Assembly (NCBI GenBank): GCA_964016885.1
Contig: OZ024743.1
Span: 182,838,001-182,902,000, forward strand
Direction of reading: 5' to 3'
Length of the DNA stretch: 64,000 bases
Source: Eledone cirrhosa
Taxonomy: Eukaryota
The position numbers and the translations under genes are program-made. Below the pieces are notes generated by a model, which was not told the origin of the DNA, searched no databases, and saw nothing but the letters and a program-made list of their open reading frames with translations. Below are positions 1 to 10,019 of this stretch, one piece after another (position 1 is the first letter of the stretch; every line of letters begins with the position of its first letter).

Positions 1-699
1 ATAAAACTCTGGGTTATTTATGGCTAGTTTTCTGTTTTGGCAAATTTTGTACACTTGTACTTATGTTGCTGTTAATATGAGATGGGTTAAGCCAGCTTTA
101 AACAGTGAATCTACAACATTGTATATATAAGATGTATGGCATACATTGTATATATAACATGATTGTCAACCAATCATTGAAAGCAATGATGGATACCACC
201 GTTAGCTATTGTAATTCCCAATAACATGGTGTAAGAGACAAGCTGAGATCTGTATGGTTCATGTAATTTATCTCATGTTCATAGGTTATACTGACACTGT
301 TGTATTATTGAAGACGAGATGTTTAGATTCCCATCTATCATATTCCGGGCAATCACTTGTTAATTCCTACATTAGACAAACATTAGAGTGTGTCACATCC
401 CTTAAAAGAGACACCTCTCTAAACCTACCAATCACCAAGTTGGAGGGAGGTCATAAGATGCTTAACTTTAGTATAAGCACTTCACTGCTATGGGCTTGTG
501 ATCTGTCATGGGAGGCATGAGATGGATACACAAAGGCTATGTTTCTCAAGGCCCCAAAATAGGGTCCAGAAGCGAGCAACCTTGACAATTGGAACCTGGA
601 ACATTACAACCCTTACAAGTAAGGAACAGTAACTTGTAGAGGGGGCTAGATGCTACCAGCTAGATGTAGTCCCATGGTTCTGGTACTATAGATTTAGAT

Positions 700-1159
700 C
701 AGAGGTTCTCAAAGTGGGCGCCCCACCAGGGAGGCATTGAGATCTAAGGGGATGCTGGGGCCTAAGACAGCGAGAGATGATATAATAGTATATTAAATAA
801 CAAATGATACATATAAATAAATGTAGTAAAGTAAAAACATATATATATTTATTTATACATAGTATTTATTATATATATATTAACGATTTTATTTATTGTA
901 TGTTATTTACAATTTGCGTGTAGGCAGATAGATACCTCTGGAAATAATTGTTTCTACTTTTGGCACAAGGCCAGCAATTATCCAGTGCATCACTGGTACT
1001 TTATTTTATCGACTCCGTAAGGATGAAAGGTAAAGTTAACCTTGGCGGGATTTGAACTCAGAATGGCAAGAGCCGTAACTGTATGCTGCAAAGCATGGCG
1101 TCCGACTGTCTAATAATGATGGTATTACATGGCCGTGAGGGAGGCGGGGAGAACCTTTG
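700..1159. mobile_element. Non-autonomous hAT-type element (MITE) with a nested SINE
   Basis: Ends CAGAGGTTCTC (700) and GAGAACCTTTG (1149-1159) are inverted repeats; 8-bp target-site duplication ATTTAGAT at 692-699 and 1160-1167, typical of hAT. Confidence 0.75.
944..1110 (-). mobile_element. tRNA-derived SINE, family A
   Basis: On -: B-box GAGTTCAAATCC, core CCTTTCATCCTTACGG..TCGATAAAATAAAGTACCAGT, tail GGCCTTGTGCC..AGAAACAATTATT; about 10 copies in the window. Confidence 0.85.
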
Positions 1160-1724
1160 ATTTAGATGGAGGATGGAAACTACTATTCAGGTGAGCAGGT
1201 CAGGTGCCAGAAATGACTTGCACAGGCAGGAGTGGGGATACTCACAAGCCCCCCCCCCGATGTGAGAATGTGTTATGGACTGGATCCTATTGTGAGGGAG
1301 GATTTGCCTCTTGAAGCTTAAGCTGAAAGAAAGGTGTCTGTGGGGAGTGCAAGTTTGTGCGAAATAGGGAGTCCGAATACAGATCCCTCCTTGATGAAGT
1401 CATAGCAGAGATAGATATAGTTAAGACAGTAATAATAAAAAATAACTTCAAAAATTTATTTTATAATTAAAAATTCATTTTATTTTTTTTTAAAGATTCT
1501 GAAAATCCGAAGACCGTTGGCCGTTGGAAAATATATGAAAAATAAATGCATTTAAAAAAATCTACATTGAAACGAATAAATGCCGGATAACGTAGTCTTA
1601 TATGCATATAAAAAAGTGAGGATGGTCACGTCTGGAATACTTTTCATCATAGGCCGGCTCGATCAGCGTTAATATGGAACGAAACATCCTTAAAAAATGA
1701 AAGTATTAAAGTTTCGAAGTCTTT

Positions 1725-1840
1725 TATCATCTGACGTCGAGGTTAACTTTGCCTTTCATCCTTACGGGGTCGATAAAATAAAGTACCAGTAATACACTGA
1801 GTAATTTGCTGGCCTTGTGCCTAACTTAGAAACAATTATT
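1725..1840 (+). mobile_element. SINE family A, 5'-truncated
   Basis: GAGGTTAACTTTGCCTTTCATCCTTACGGGGTCGATAAAATAAAGTACCAGT core and GGCCTTGTGCC tail. Confidence 0.8.
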
Positions 1841-2008
1841 TATTAAACGATAACATATATTTATGATATCTATAAATTATATTAGATTATTGCTCTAAAA
1901 TGAAAGATTAAATTTACTTAGTCTCGTTTTAGAATACAGTTAATTGAATACGAGTTATGTCCCCTCAATGTGTATATTTTGTCGATAGGTGGCAGCAGAG
2001 TATTAGGC

Positions 2009-2045
2009 TATATAAGGCCTCAAATTCCCGTTTACGGCCTCTTAG
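2009..2045 (+). promoter_or_regulatory. RPLP0 core promoter: TATA box and pyrimidine (TCT-like) initiator
   Basis: TATATAA at 2009-2015; CCTCTT at 2038-2043 about 30 bp downstream; followed by a donor AG|GTGAG. Confidence 0.6.
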
Positions 2046-2086
2046 TTGCCATACTGTTCTGACAGGCGGCCTAGAAATTATCTCAG
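2039..2086 (+). other. RPLP0: RPLP0 non-coding exon 1 (5' UTR)
   Basis: Pyrimidine start and donor CAG|GTGAGA at 2086/2087; would splice to acceptor TTTTCTTTCTCAG at 3805 upstream of the ATG. Confidence 0.6.
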
Positions 2087-2434
2087 GTGAGAAAACTTTC
2101 AAATTTACATTTTTACTCATTTTTATTTCGTTCAAAATTCAATCGAATGAATCGAATGTTGTTTCATTAGTTTTAGTTTATTACAAAAAAGTCAATAATT
2201 TCATTTTTTTTACACAGATGAAAGAGGATTACTACACGAGGTCAACCTAAAAATATAAGATATATACCATTTTTTAAATATCTTAAAAGATAGAGTGTAT
2301 AGTTTAAGATAATTTTGTAATATATACATACAGAAATTAGAATATTGAACTCTAACTTTAGAAATAAATTAAAATAGCTTCAGTTTTTTAAAAATAAATT
2401 AAAATAGCTTCAGTTTTTTTTTTTTCTCCAATTT

Positions 2435-2666
2435 TCGACATGATTACAAGATCATTGCTGAAATAATCTTGTAAGTGGCAAACGGGAGCTGACTACTGTA
2501 GTCTTCGGAATACAGTTCTGTTGTGCAGTGAAATCCCATTCCACTATGTCGTACATTAAACTTGTCCCCTGTTTTTTACAGGCGAGGGCTAGAACACGGT
2601 ATATTCCATAACTTCTGGTAGTCCCTGTGACTATTAACTGGGAGTTAGACCATACTCGGTACATTA
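2435..2666 (+). ncRNA. SNORA73: U17/snR30 (SNORA73) H/ACA processing snoRNA, copy 1 (intron 1)
   Basis: AAGTGGCAAACGGGAGCT and TCCCATTCCAC resemble vertebrate U17 5' domain motifs; CGACAT/ATGTCG stem; H box AGAACA 2591-2596; m1-like ATATTCCATA 2601-2610; m2-like AGACCAT 2647-2653; ACA 2661-2663. Confidence 0.88.
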
Positions 2667-3582
2667 CTTTTATTAGTTCCTGATAAATTTTCATCTATAT
2701 CAATTAAATATTTTAAGGGGGATCGGTGTAAAAACCAAACTATCTAGTTCAATATTAGTTTCAACCCTTATCTATGGTCATGAACCTTGGGTAAGGACCG
2801 AATACAAGCGACCAAAATGGGGTTCTTTGGAGTAATGTTACTTAATTGTGTAGCTCAGTGTCGTATAGTTGAAATGTCTCGAAAGAATCAGCAAGATGGT
2901 TGGATAGCATGTGAGTTCGGCTGATCTCACTTGGGGTCCTGTTGATGGTTGCTTCTGATAGGACCCAGAGAATAAAGTCTTTGTTCCTGATAGTACATCT
3001 AGTTTGGTGTGGGCCAGACAGTAGATTTCTCATTTACTCAAGCTGGGGTCTAATAATTGTCCCCCTCACCTATTTGCAAATTTCATTCCTGCGACCCTTT
3101 TAAACATACATTAGAATTCCCTATATAAAATAAATAGGATGGGTTGGGATCTCAATAATTAAACAAAACGACTAATTCTGCTTTTAAAAAATAAATCAAC
3201 CTCCACTATTGTTTGGGACCCGGGAGTAGATCAGTATTTCTCTAGACACGGAGAGATTTAGCAACTCAAGACCTCTGTCGGTACCTAATTCCTATACAAC
3301 CAAATTCGTCTTTTTGATGATACTTTCCAATCAATCCATCCATTCCAGAGCAATATAGCAATTACCTCCCAAATTGGTAATTGAAAAAAAGATTTCAGTA
3401 AATTCTGTCGAATAGGAGGCCTCGTATTTGAAATATTTTGTCGACACGTGGTCTCAATATATTACTGGTTAAAAATAAAATACGAAAGTTTTTGAATCCT
3501 GATGTCCGGGCTTCTGGTTTCCCAGACAAAAACCGTCTCAGTAAATATGGATTAAAAGAAAAAAAAAGCTGGTTATATTTTA

Positions 3583-3755
3583 TAATTGTTTCCACTTTTG
3601 GCACAAGGCCAGCAATAACCCAGTGCATTACTGGTACTTTATTTTATCGACCCCGTAAGGATGAAAGGTAAAGTTAACCTCGGCGGGATTTGAAATCAGA
3701 CCGCAAAGGGACGTAACTATGCTGGAAAGCATGGCGTCTGATCCTCTACCGATAT
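3583..3755 (-). mobile_element. SINE family A
   Basis: Same core and tail motifs as 944-1110. Confidence 0.85.
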
Positions 3756-3844
3756 TTTAAAAATGAAGTGATTTTCTTTCAATTATTAAATATTTTCTTT
3801 CTCAGGTTTATCTTTAAATTGCTTGCAATCCCTGATCCACCACG

Positions 3845-3898
3845 ATGGTCAAGGAAGATAAATCAACATGGAAAGCCAATTATTTCATCAAAATCATT
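3845..3898 (+). CDS. RPLP0: RPLP0 coding exon 1 ([18 protein letters not shown])
   Basis: ATG at 3845, donor GTAAGT at 3899. Confidence 0.93.
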
Positions 3899-6800
3899 GT
3901 AAGTATTTATTTCTATCCATTAATTAATTTTTAACAATTTTTTTCGACATGATTACAAGATCATTGCTGAAATAATCTTGTAAGTGGCAAACGGGAGCTG
4001 ACTACTGTAGTCTTCGGAATACAGTTCTGTTGTGCAGTGAAATCCCATTCCACTATGTCGTACATTAATCTTGTCCCCTGTTTTTTACAGGCGAGGGCTA
4101 GAACACGGTATATTCCATAACTTCTGGTAGTCCCTGTGACTATTAACTGGGAGTTAGACCATACTCGGTACAATTCACTTTTAGCTTGCTTTTATAAATA
4201 TTAACATTTCATGTTGAAGTATACTTAGCTGAAAATCAATGCCAGCATTAGCTGGGGATTTCCCGCTGAGGTGGATTACTGCCCTGGGGGGGTGGGGGAT
4301 AGACACCTTTCCGATGAACCTCCGGACTTTAGTCATTTTACATAGTAATTGATTGTTTCTACTTTAGGCACAAGGCCAGCAATAACTCAGTGCATTACTG
4401 GTACTTTATTTTATCGACCCCGTAAGAATGAAAGGCAAAGTCAACCTCGGCGGGATTTGAACTCAGATAGATTTGAACCGATACTGCCAATCCACCGCCC
4501 TCTAGTAATTAATTGTTTCTACTTTTGGCACAAGGCCATCAATTTCTCAGTGCATTACTGGTACTTTATTTTATCGACCCCGTAAGGATGAAAGGCAAAG
4601 TTAACCTCGGTGGGATTTGAACTCAGACCGCAAAGGGACGTAACTATGCTGGAAAGCATGGCGTCCGACCCCCTACCGATACTGCCAAGCCACCATCTAG
4701 TAATTAATGCATCTTTTTCATATTTCCAGCAACTGCTAAATGAATATCCCAAATGTTTCATCGTCAATGCCGACAATGTTGGTTCAAGGCAGATGCAGAC
4801 CATCCGTATGTCTCTTAGGAGCCATGCAGGTAAGAAATATTTTCCTGATATTTAATGGTGTGATGATGAAAAGCCTGTAATTGAGTGTCCAGCTGTTGGC
4901 ACTAGTAACCGAAAGGTTGAACCCACTAGTGTTTGTTGGTCACCATGAGAAAGTTTAGCCATGTGGCTGTCTGAACACCATTTAAAAATAATTTTTGGTA
5001 AATTTATAGAATACCACTCGGTTTCACTGCGGAGCAATTTTTTCCTCTTGGGAGATTGAGCGGGGTAGCCCCCCCCCCCCCCTTTAAAAAAAAAAAAATT
5101 TTTTTTAATTATCAACTGATCTCCAAACATGGACTTTGTAAGGTTTACACCCCCATCCTGTGGTGGGGTCAGATTAGTTGACCACACTGAAACCAAGAGC
5201 GGTGTCCTATAATAATTTCACCTGATTAAAAATATTTTGTTCCCTTTCAGTTGTCCTCATGGGTAAGAACACAATGATGAGGAAGGCCATTAGGGGTCAT
5301 CTTGAACAAAATGCAGCCCTTGAAAGGTAGGTTATACATTTTTTAGATAGAAATTGATCCAGTATAGATTAAAGATAGCTTTTGGTTATTCTTAACCAGA
5401 GTGTAATCTAACTGGTAAAGTAATCCGGTCACTCTTTTGCCTTGTAGGTCTTTACTATTTGACACTACAACTTCCTTACCGGTGATACAATTGAGGTTTT
5501 CATTAAATAATTGGCTGATCAAGAAAAGCATTCATAAAGTTTTGATATTAAATATCTTTAGATGCCACAGTTAGTGTCTGCTAAATATGTATATTGTAAT
5601 TTGTTGCATGGGTTACAGTTTATGGACTGTCAATATTTAATTGCAGCTGCTCTGATGGTGTTAGGGACCATGTATAGCTTTATAGTATGGTTTATACCAC
5701 TGACCTTCCTAATGCCATTTAAGCCACCAGTCCACACTATATTTACAACTTATATGTATTTTGTAATGGCTTCAATTTTAGGTTAGGTATCCTTGTTTTA
5801 ATCGTGGGAAGGAAGTTTAGATTGTGTGTGAAACATGAAAGCTTAATGGGTGAAGTGGGAGATAAAAGGGTTGTGCTGGGATGGTGGCTTTGATATGGCC
5901 TCTCACTTATAGGGTTACTGCTTTTAAGGTGTGAAAGAGGTAATAATAAAGGGTGGTAACTGGAGGATAACTATTTGCTAAATAATTTACCTACGTCCTT
6001 CCATATTTTAGGTTGCTACCACACATTAAGAACAATGTTGGTTTTGTGTTCACTAAGAATGACTTGGCTGATATCCGAGACAGGTTGATGAATAACAAGG
6101 TTAGTGGCAACATTTTCATTTAAGATTAGATTACAGGTCAGTTGTGGGACCTGCTTTAGGGTGGGTTTGGAATAGACATCATAACTAGGATTTGGGGGCT
6201 TCTGTATTTGAAACGTAATTGCCTTAGTGAAGTAAAATGTATTGTTCGATATATTGGTAGAGAAGGAAATTTTCGTTTTAATCCCTTTGAAGCTAAAAAT
6301 AGAAGTTTGTATATCTGATATCTAAAAGACAATTTTTCTGTCAGAACTGTTATAAAATTATATTCCAAGTGCCAGCTTAATAAGAAAATTCTTTTAAACC
6401 CTTCATCTAATTATTTTCAAAATGACTGAAAAATGTTTTATACTATTTTCAACTATTTATTTGATTTTCTTATATTTGTAGGTGAAAGCTCCTGCTAGAG
6501 CTGGTGCTATTGCTCCTTGTGATGTATCGATACCTGCTCAAAATACAGCTCTTGGTCCTGAGAAAACTTCTTTCTTCCAGGCTTTGTCTATCCCAACTAA
6601 AATTTCCAGGGGTACTATTGAAATCTTGAATGATGTTCGTTTGATAAAGGAAGGTGATAAAGTTGGAGCTTCTGAGGCTACATTGCTAAATATGTTGAAT
6701 ATCTCACCATTTTCATATGGTTTAGTCATAGAGCAAGGTGTGTGTCAAGTTTTTATTTAGCCCTTAAGAATGATGAGAAACAAATGACTTTCGCTCTACT

Positions 6801-7548
6801 GAAAACAATGTGGAGACTTTGTTTACTGACTTAAGTAAAGGGTTTATCTTTGGTTAATGAATTAACTGTTTTATTTTTAGGAAATAAGATTTATTTGAGG
6901 TTAATTAAAAACAAATTTTTTTCCTTTATGTAGTGTATGACTCTGGAACCGTCTTTGCACCTGCTGTCTTGGACATCACAGATGATGATATCCGAAAGAA
7001 GTTCATGGCTGTAAGTAATAGTGTTTTTTATTTTTATTCATTACACGATAACAATCGATCTTGATATCTATTACTGTTTAGTTATCTTAATATTTTACAA
7101 GATTATATTCAACTATCTTTACAGGGTGTGAATAATGTTGCTAGTTTATCTCTGGCTATTGGTTACCCCACTTTAGCTTCTGTACCACATCTCCTCATCA
7201 ATGGTTTCAAGAACCTGGTTGCTATATCTTTGGAAACAGAGATTGAATTTGAAGAAGCCAAAACAGTAAGTTTCCTTTTTATAACGCCTTCCAGTTTATT
7301 TCAGTCATGTATTAATTTCTTCTATTAAATCTGTTGGTTTAATCAAAATGTAATGAATGGGTTTGTATTTTCAGATCAAAGAATTGCTGTCTGATCCTGA
7401 AAAGATGGCAGCAGCTCTTGCAGCATCTGCTGCTACCACTGCTGCTCCAGCAGCTGCAGCAGCTGCTCCTGCTGAGGAAAAGAAGGAAGAAAAGGTTGAA
7501 TCTGAAGAGGAATCTGATGACGACATGGGTCTTGGCTTGTTTGATTAA
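3845..7548 (+). CDS. RPLP0: 60S acidic ribosomal protein P0 (uL10), spliced CDS of 8 coding exons, 321 aa
   Basis: Exons 3845-3898, 4730-4829, 5251-5326, 6012-6099, 6482-6737, 6934-7010, 7125-7265, 7375-7548; all GT-AG, phases consistent, total 966 nt; [14 protein letters not shown]...[12 protein letters not shown]...[13 protein letters not shown]. Confidence 0.97.
3944..4175 (+). ncRNA. SNORA73: U17/snR30 (SNORA73) H/ACA processing snoRNA, copy 2 (intron 2)
   Basis: Near-identical to 2435-2666 (one internal substitution seen, TAAACTTG vs TAATCTTG); ACA at 4170-4172. Confidence 0.88.
4352..4700 (-). mobile_element. Two tandem SINE family A copies
   Basis: GGCACAAGGCC...GTACTTTATTTTATCGACCCCGTAAG repeated at ~4367 and ~4527. 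Confidence 0.85.
4730..4829 (+). CDS. RPLP0: RPLP0 coding exon 2
   Basis: [33 protein letters not shown]; AG/GT boundaries. Confidence 0.95.
4854..4982 (+). ncRNA. SNORD22: U22 (SNORD22)-like box C/D processing snoRNA (intron 3)
   Basis: Terminal stem AATGGTGT/ACACCATT; C box ATGATGA 4863-4869; D box CTGA 4971-4974; central CC-GAAA-GG-TTGAACCCACT motif and small hairpin followed by TGTCTGA, as recalled for vertebrate U22; ~125 nt. Confidence 0.78.
5251..5326 (+). CDS. RPLP0: RPLP0 coding exon 3
   Basis: [26 protein letters not shown]. Confidence 0.95.
5357..5492 (+). ncRNA. Box H/ACA guide snoRNA (intron 4), predicted 28S target
   Basis: Two hairpins; H box AAAGTA 5417-5422; ACA 5487-5489, 16 nt from the upper stem; 3' pocket TTGCC/CTTCCTT complements the conserved LSU sequence AGGGAAG-UC-GGCAA. 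Confidence 0.8.
6012..6099 (+). CDS. RPLP0: RPLP0 coding exon 4
   Basis: [29 protein letters not shown]. Confidence 0.95.
6482..6737 (+). CDS. RPLP0: RPLP0 coding exon 5
   Basis: [15 protein letters not shown]...[11 protein letters not shown]...[18 protein letters not shown]. Confidence 0.97.
6763..6835 (+). ncRNA. SNORD59: U59/snR54 (SNORD59)-like box C/D snoRNA (intron 6)
   Basis: CTTAAG terminal stem; C box ATGATGA 6770-6776; guide ATGACTTTCGCTCTA plus D' CTGA 6799-6802 (vertebrate U59 as recalled: AUGACUUUCGUUCUU-CUGA); D box 6826-6829. Confidence 0.82.
6934..7010 (+). CDS. RPLP0: RPLP0 coding exon 6
   Basis: [26 protein letters not shown]. Confidence 0.95.
7125..7265 (+). CDS. RPLP0: RPLP0 coding exon 7
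   Basis: [31 protein letters not shown]... Confidence 0.95.
7375..7548 (+). CDS. RPLP0: RPLP0 last coding exon (Ala-rich hinge and acidic P-protein tail)
   Basis: [10 protein letters not shown]...[31 protein letters not shown]. Confidence 0.97.
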   Translation: MKELLSDPEKMAAALAASAATTAAPAAAAAAPAEEKKEEKVESEEESDDDMGLGLFD

Positions 7549-7555
7549 AGATGAC

Positions 7556-7561
7556 AATAAA
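7556..7561 (+). terminator. RPLP0 polyadenylation signal
   Basis: AATAAA just after the stop codon, followed by T/GT-rich sequence. Confidence 0.75.
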
Positions 7562-9402
7562 CATTGCTTTCATCTTTTACTTTGATTGTTATTTGATTTT
7601 ATAGCTTCACAATTCCTGCCCACCAGCAGCCATATAGTAGTGCCTTTTAAATAGCCTGGAGTTCAAATTTATCCTGGTTCAGTAGCATATTTTTTTCTTG
7701 CCTGTTGGATACAGCAAGTAGATCTGATTAAAGGCATAGCTGATCTTTAATGATATGAGAGGTGAGATTAGACTAATTAATTGCGAGGGACTGAAAAACC
7801 TGCTTCCAGTGAGATGCAAGAAGTGCAGTTTGGGTTAGCCTATAGAGCCCAACTATCAAATCATTGACTGATTCAGAGAAGCCCTTGTTCTGTCTGCTGT
7901 AAATGATCTGCACAGATGGTTAGAGTGGGAGTTGTCAGGATGAAGAAAGGGATGTGTGCATTGATGGAAGGGCTGACACCTTGTTTGTAAGGCTAAATAG
8001 CAAGTCTTATTACTCTGGATTTTCGCCTGTTTATCAAAGGGTCATCAGCCTTAATAATATATATTCATCTAGATAACATTTAAGACAGCTTGTTGCTGAA
8101 GGTTGGGAAATCACTGAACAGTGAAGATTCTTCTTGCTCACATAATAGCAATTTGCTAAATCGTAGAGCTCTGGGACATGACCATCTTTATTGAAAAGTT
8201 ATGGCTGTGATAAACTATTTTGTTTTACAATATTGAGATTTGTATAGACAGCAATAACTGGCAGTATAGAAACGAGCAATCTAGTAAAAGTGACAAGAAT
8301 GGCAAAAATCTGGGGGTCAATAGCTTCACTCAAGTACTGACATTCAACTATACCCATAATTCCTGAAACAAAGTAAACCTAGCAATCTTCCCTTCTCACC
8401 ACCCTGTCATCAGCAATGACTGCCTTTTTCATCAACCATCTTACAATGTTTATCCTGTACATCTCAAACACTAGAGAAGTCTTGCTCTTGACACAACTGA
8501 AAGGCCATCTTAACTCTTGGCATTTCTAAAGGGGTGTGCCTCCTCCTAACACCAACTGCATTACTGCATTACCAGCACGAGAGGTTGGTCATTGACTGGA
8601 AAGTCATCTGCCCTACAGCAGGGAGTGAGTGATAATTATGATATAGGAAAGGGGAGAGTGATTACTGGATGTGGTGGTGAGAATAGTTACTGATGGGAGC
8701 ATACTCACTGGTGTGGTAAGAGTAACTAACAGGTGACTTTATTTTTGTATAAAAACCATGTAGTTTTACATGGTTTTTATGTAAGAACCTTTGTTAAACC
8801 GAACTCTAAAACACTGGTTTAATAGAGGAAATTAATATTACTAAATTCTTTATTAAAGAAACAACTTTATTTGAAAATATTAGCATCTTCATTATAAATA
8901 TGGTAACGAATGGGTTGTTGATAGGATGTGAACTGGCAGCACATTGGTTGATAGAACCCCATCAAATTGGCTAACTTAGAAATATATTGGTTTTTGCTTG
9001 TTTCATGAATCACATGCATGCATAGTCCTGTAACTGTTGGAGTGGTAGGGGCACTGTATTGGCAGTGTTTCTAGGGTATTTTCTAGACCTGGTGAAGCCC
9101 ATCTCTCCAGTTCTGAAAACAAGCAGATTTCCAGAGAAGGAATCTACTAGACTGGTACTTTTTAAATTGACCTTAGATGGATAAAAGGCACACAAAGCAT
9201 TCTATCTCATGTTCTGATGACTAAATTTGTGGTGAATCAAAAACTAAAAAAACAGGTAATTGCCATCTTGTACTTATAAGAAAGAAGTAAATATATATTG
9301 TTTAAAAACCTTCAATAAGTATTGAATGGTTAAATAAACAATCTAAACTAAAGAATGAATATTTTGTATGCTGGAAGAGGAAAATAGATGTTAGTCTCAG
9401 TA

Positions 9403-9575
9403 ATAATTGTTTCTACTTTAGGCACAAGGCCAGCAATTAAACTACATTACTGGTACTTTATTTTATTGACCCCTGTAAGGATGAAAGGCAAAGTTAACCT
9501 CGGTGGGATTTGAACTCGGACTGTAAAGGGACGTAACTATGCTAGAAAGCATGGCGTCCAACCCTCTACCGATAA
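9403..9575 (-). mobile_element. SINE family A
   Basis: Same core and tail motifs. Confidence 0.8.
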
Positions 9576-10019
9576 TGTGAAGTTCCTGTCTAAAAAGCAT
9601 TTACAGGGCAACAGCATTTCCTGTAGTGAATGTATTCAGTTTCTATTGATCTATCATAAACAAATTATAGCTTGCTAAATGGAAATGAAATAAACTACCT
9701 TAGTAATGAAATACAATGTTGTAAATATAAAAATAGGTTTTGTTGAACTTGAAAAGTAGAAAATTATAAACACTAAAATTTAAAGGTTGCTTGATTAGCC
9801 TTGCAAAGAATCTGAGGTTCGCCCACTTATTCCTGGGAGTGTCAGCAATGCTTTCATGTGGGGCCCAGTCAGAATCAACTGTCTTCAATTGATTTGGATA
9901 GATCTCGCCAAACTCATGGATGCTATCTAACCATCTTGCTTGGAGTCTTGTTCTGCTTGTAAAATTTGACCAGTGATTCTTTCCTGATACATTCTAACCA
10001 CATGCCCATAATATCAGAG

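Noticed and set aside
254-520. 88-aa ORF as a gene
   Set aside because: No recognisable protein or splice context; probably decayed retroelement sequence
2715-2960. Hairpins in intron 1 as a further snoRNA
   Set aside because: No H or ACA boxes; 2893-2940 matches the RTE remnant at ~14368-14415
3311-3390. Possible C/D snoRNA (TGATGA...CAGA...TTGA)
   Set aside because: Non-canonical D boxes, only a T/A terminal stem, and a short unconvincing guide
2452-4173. Duplicated minus-strand ORFs ([12 protein letters not shown]...)
   Set aside because: Antisense readings of the two U17 snoRNA copies
5590-5750. Two hairpins in intron 4 as an H/ACA RNA
   Set aside because: No H box or properly placed ACA; part resembles the RTE 3' UTR repeat (CTTCCTAATGCCA, CCAGTCCACACT)
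8749-8780. 14-bp AT-rich hairpin
   Set aside because: Isolated and low-complexity, with no supporting context
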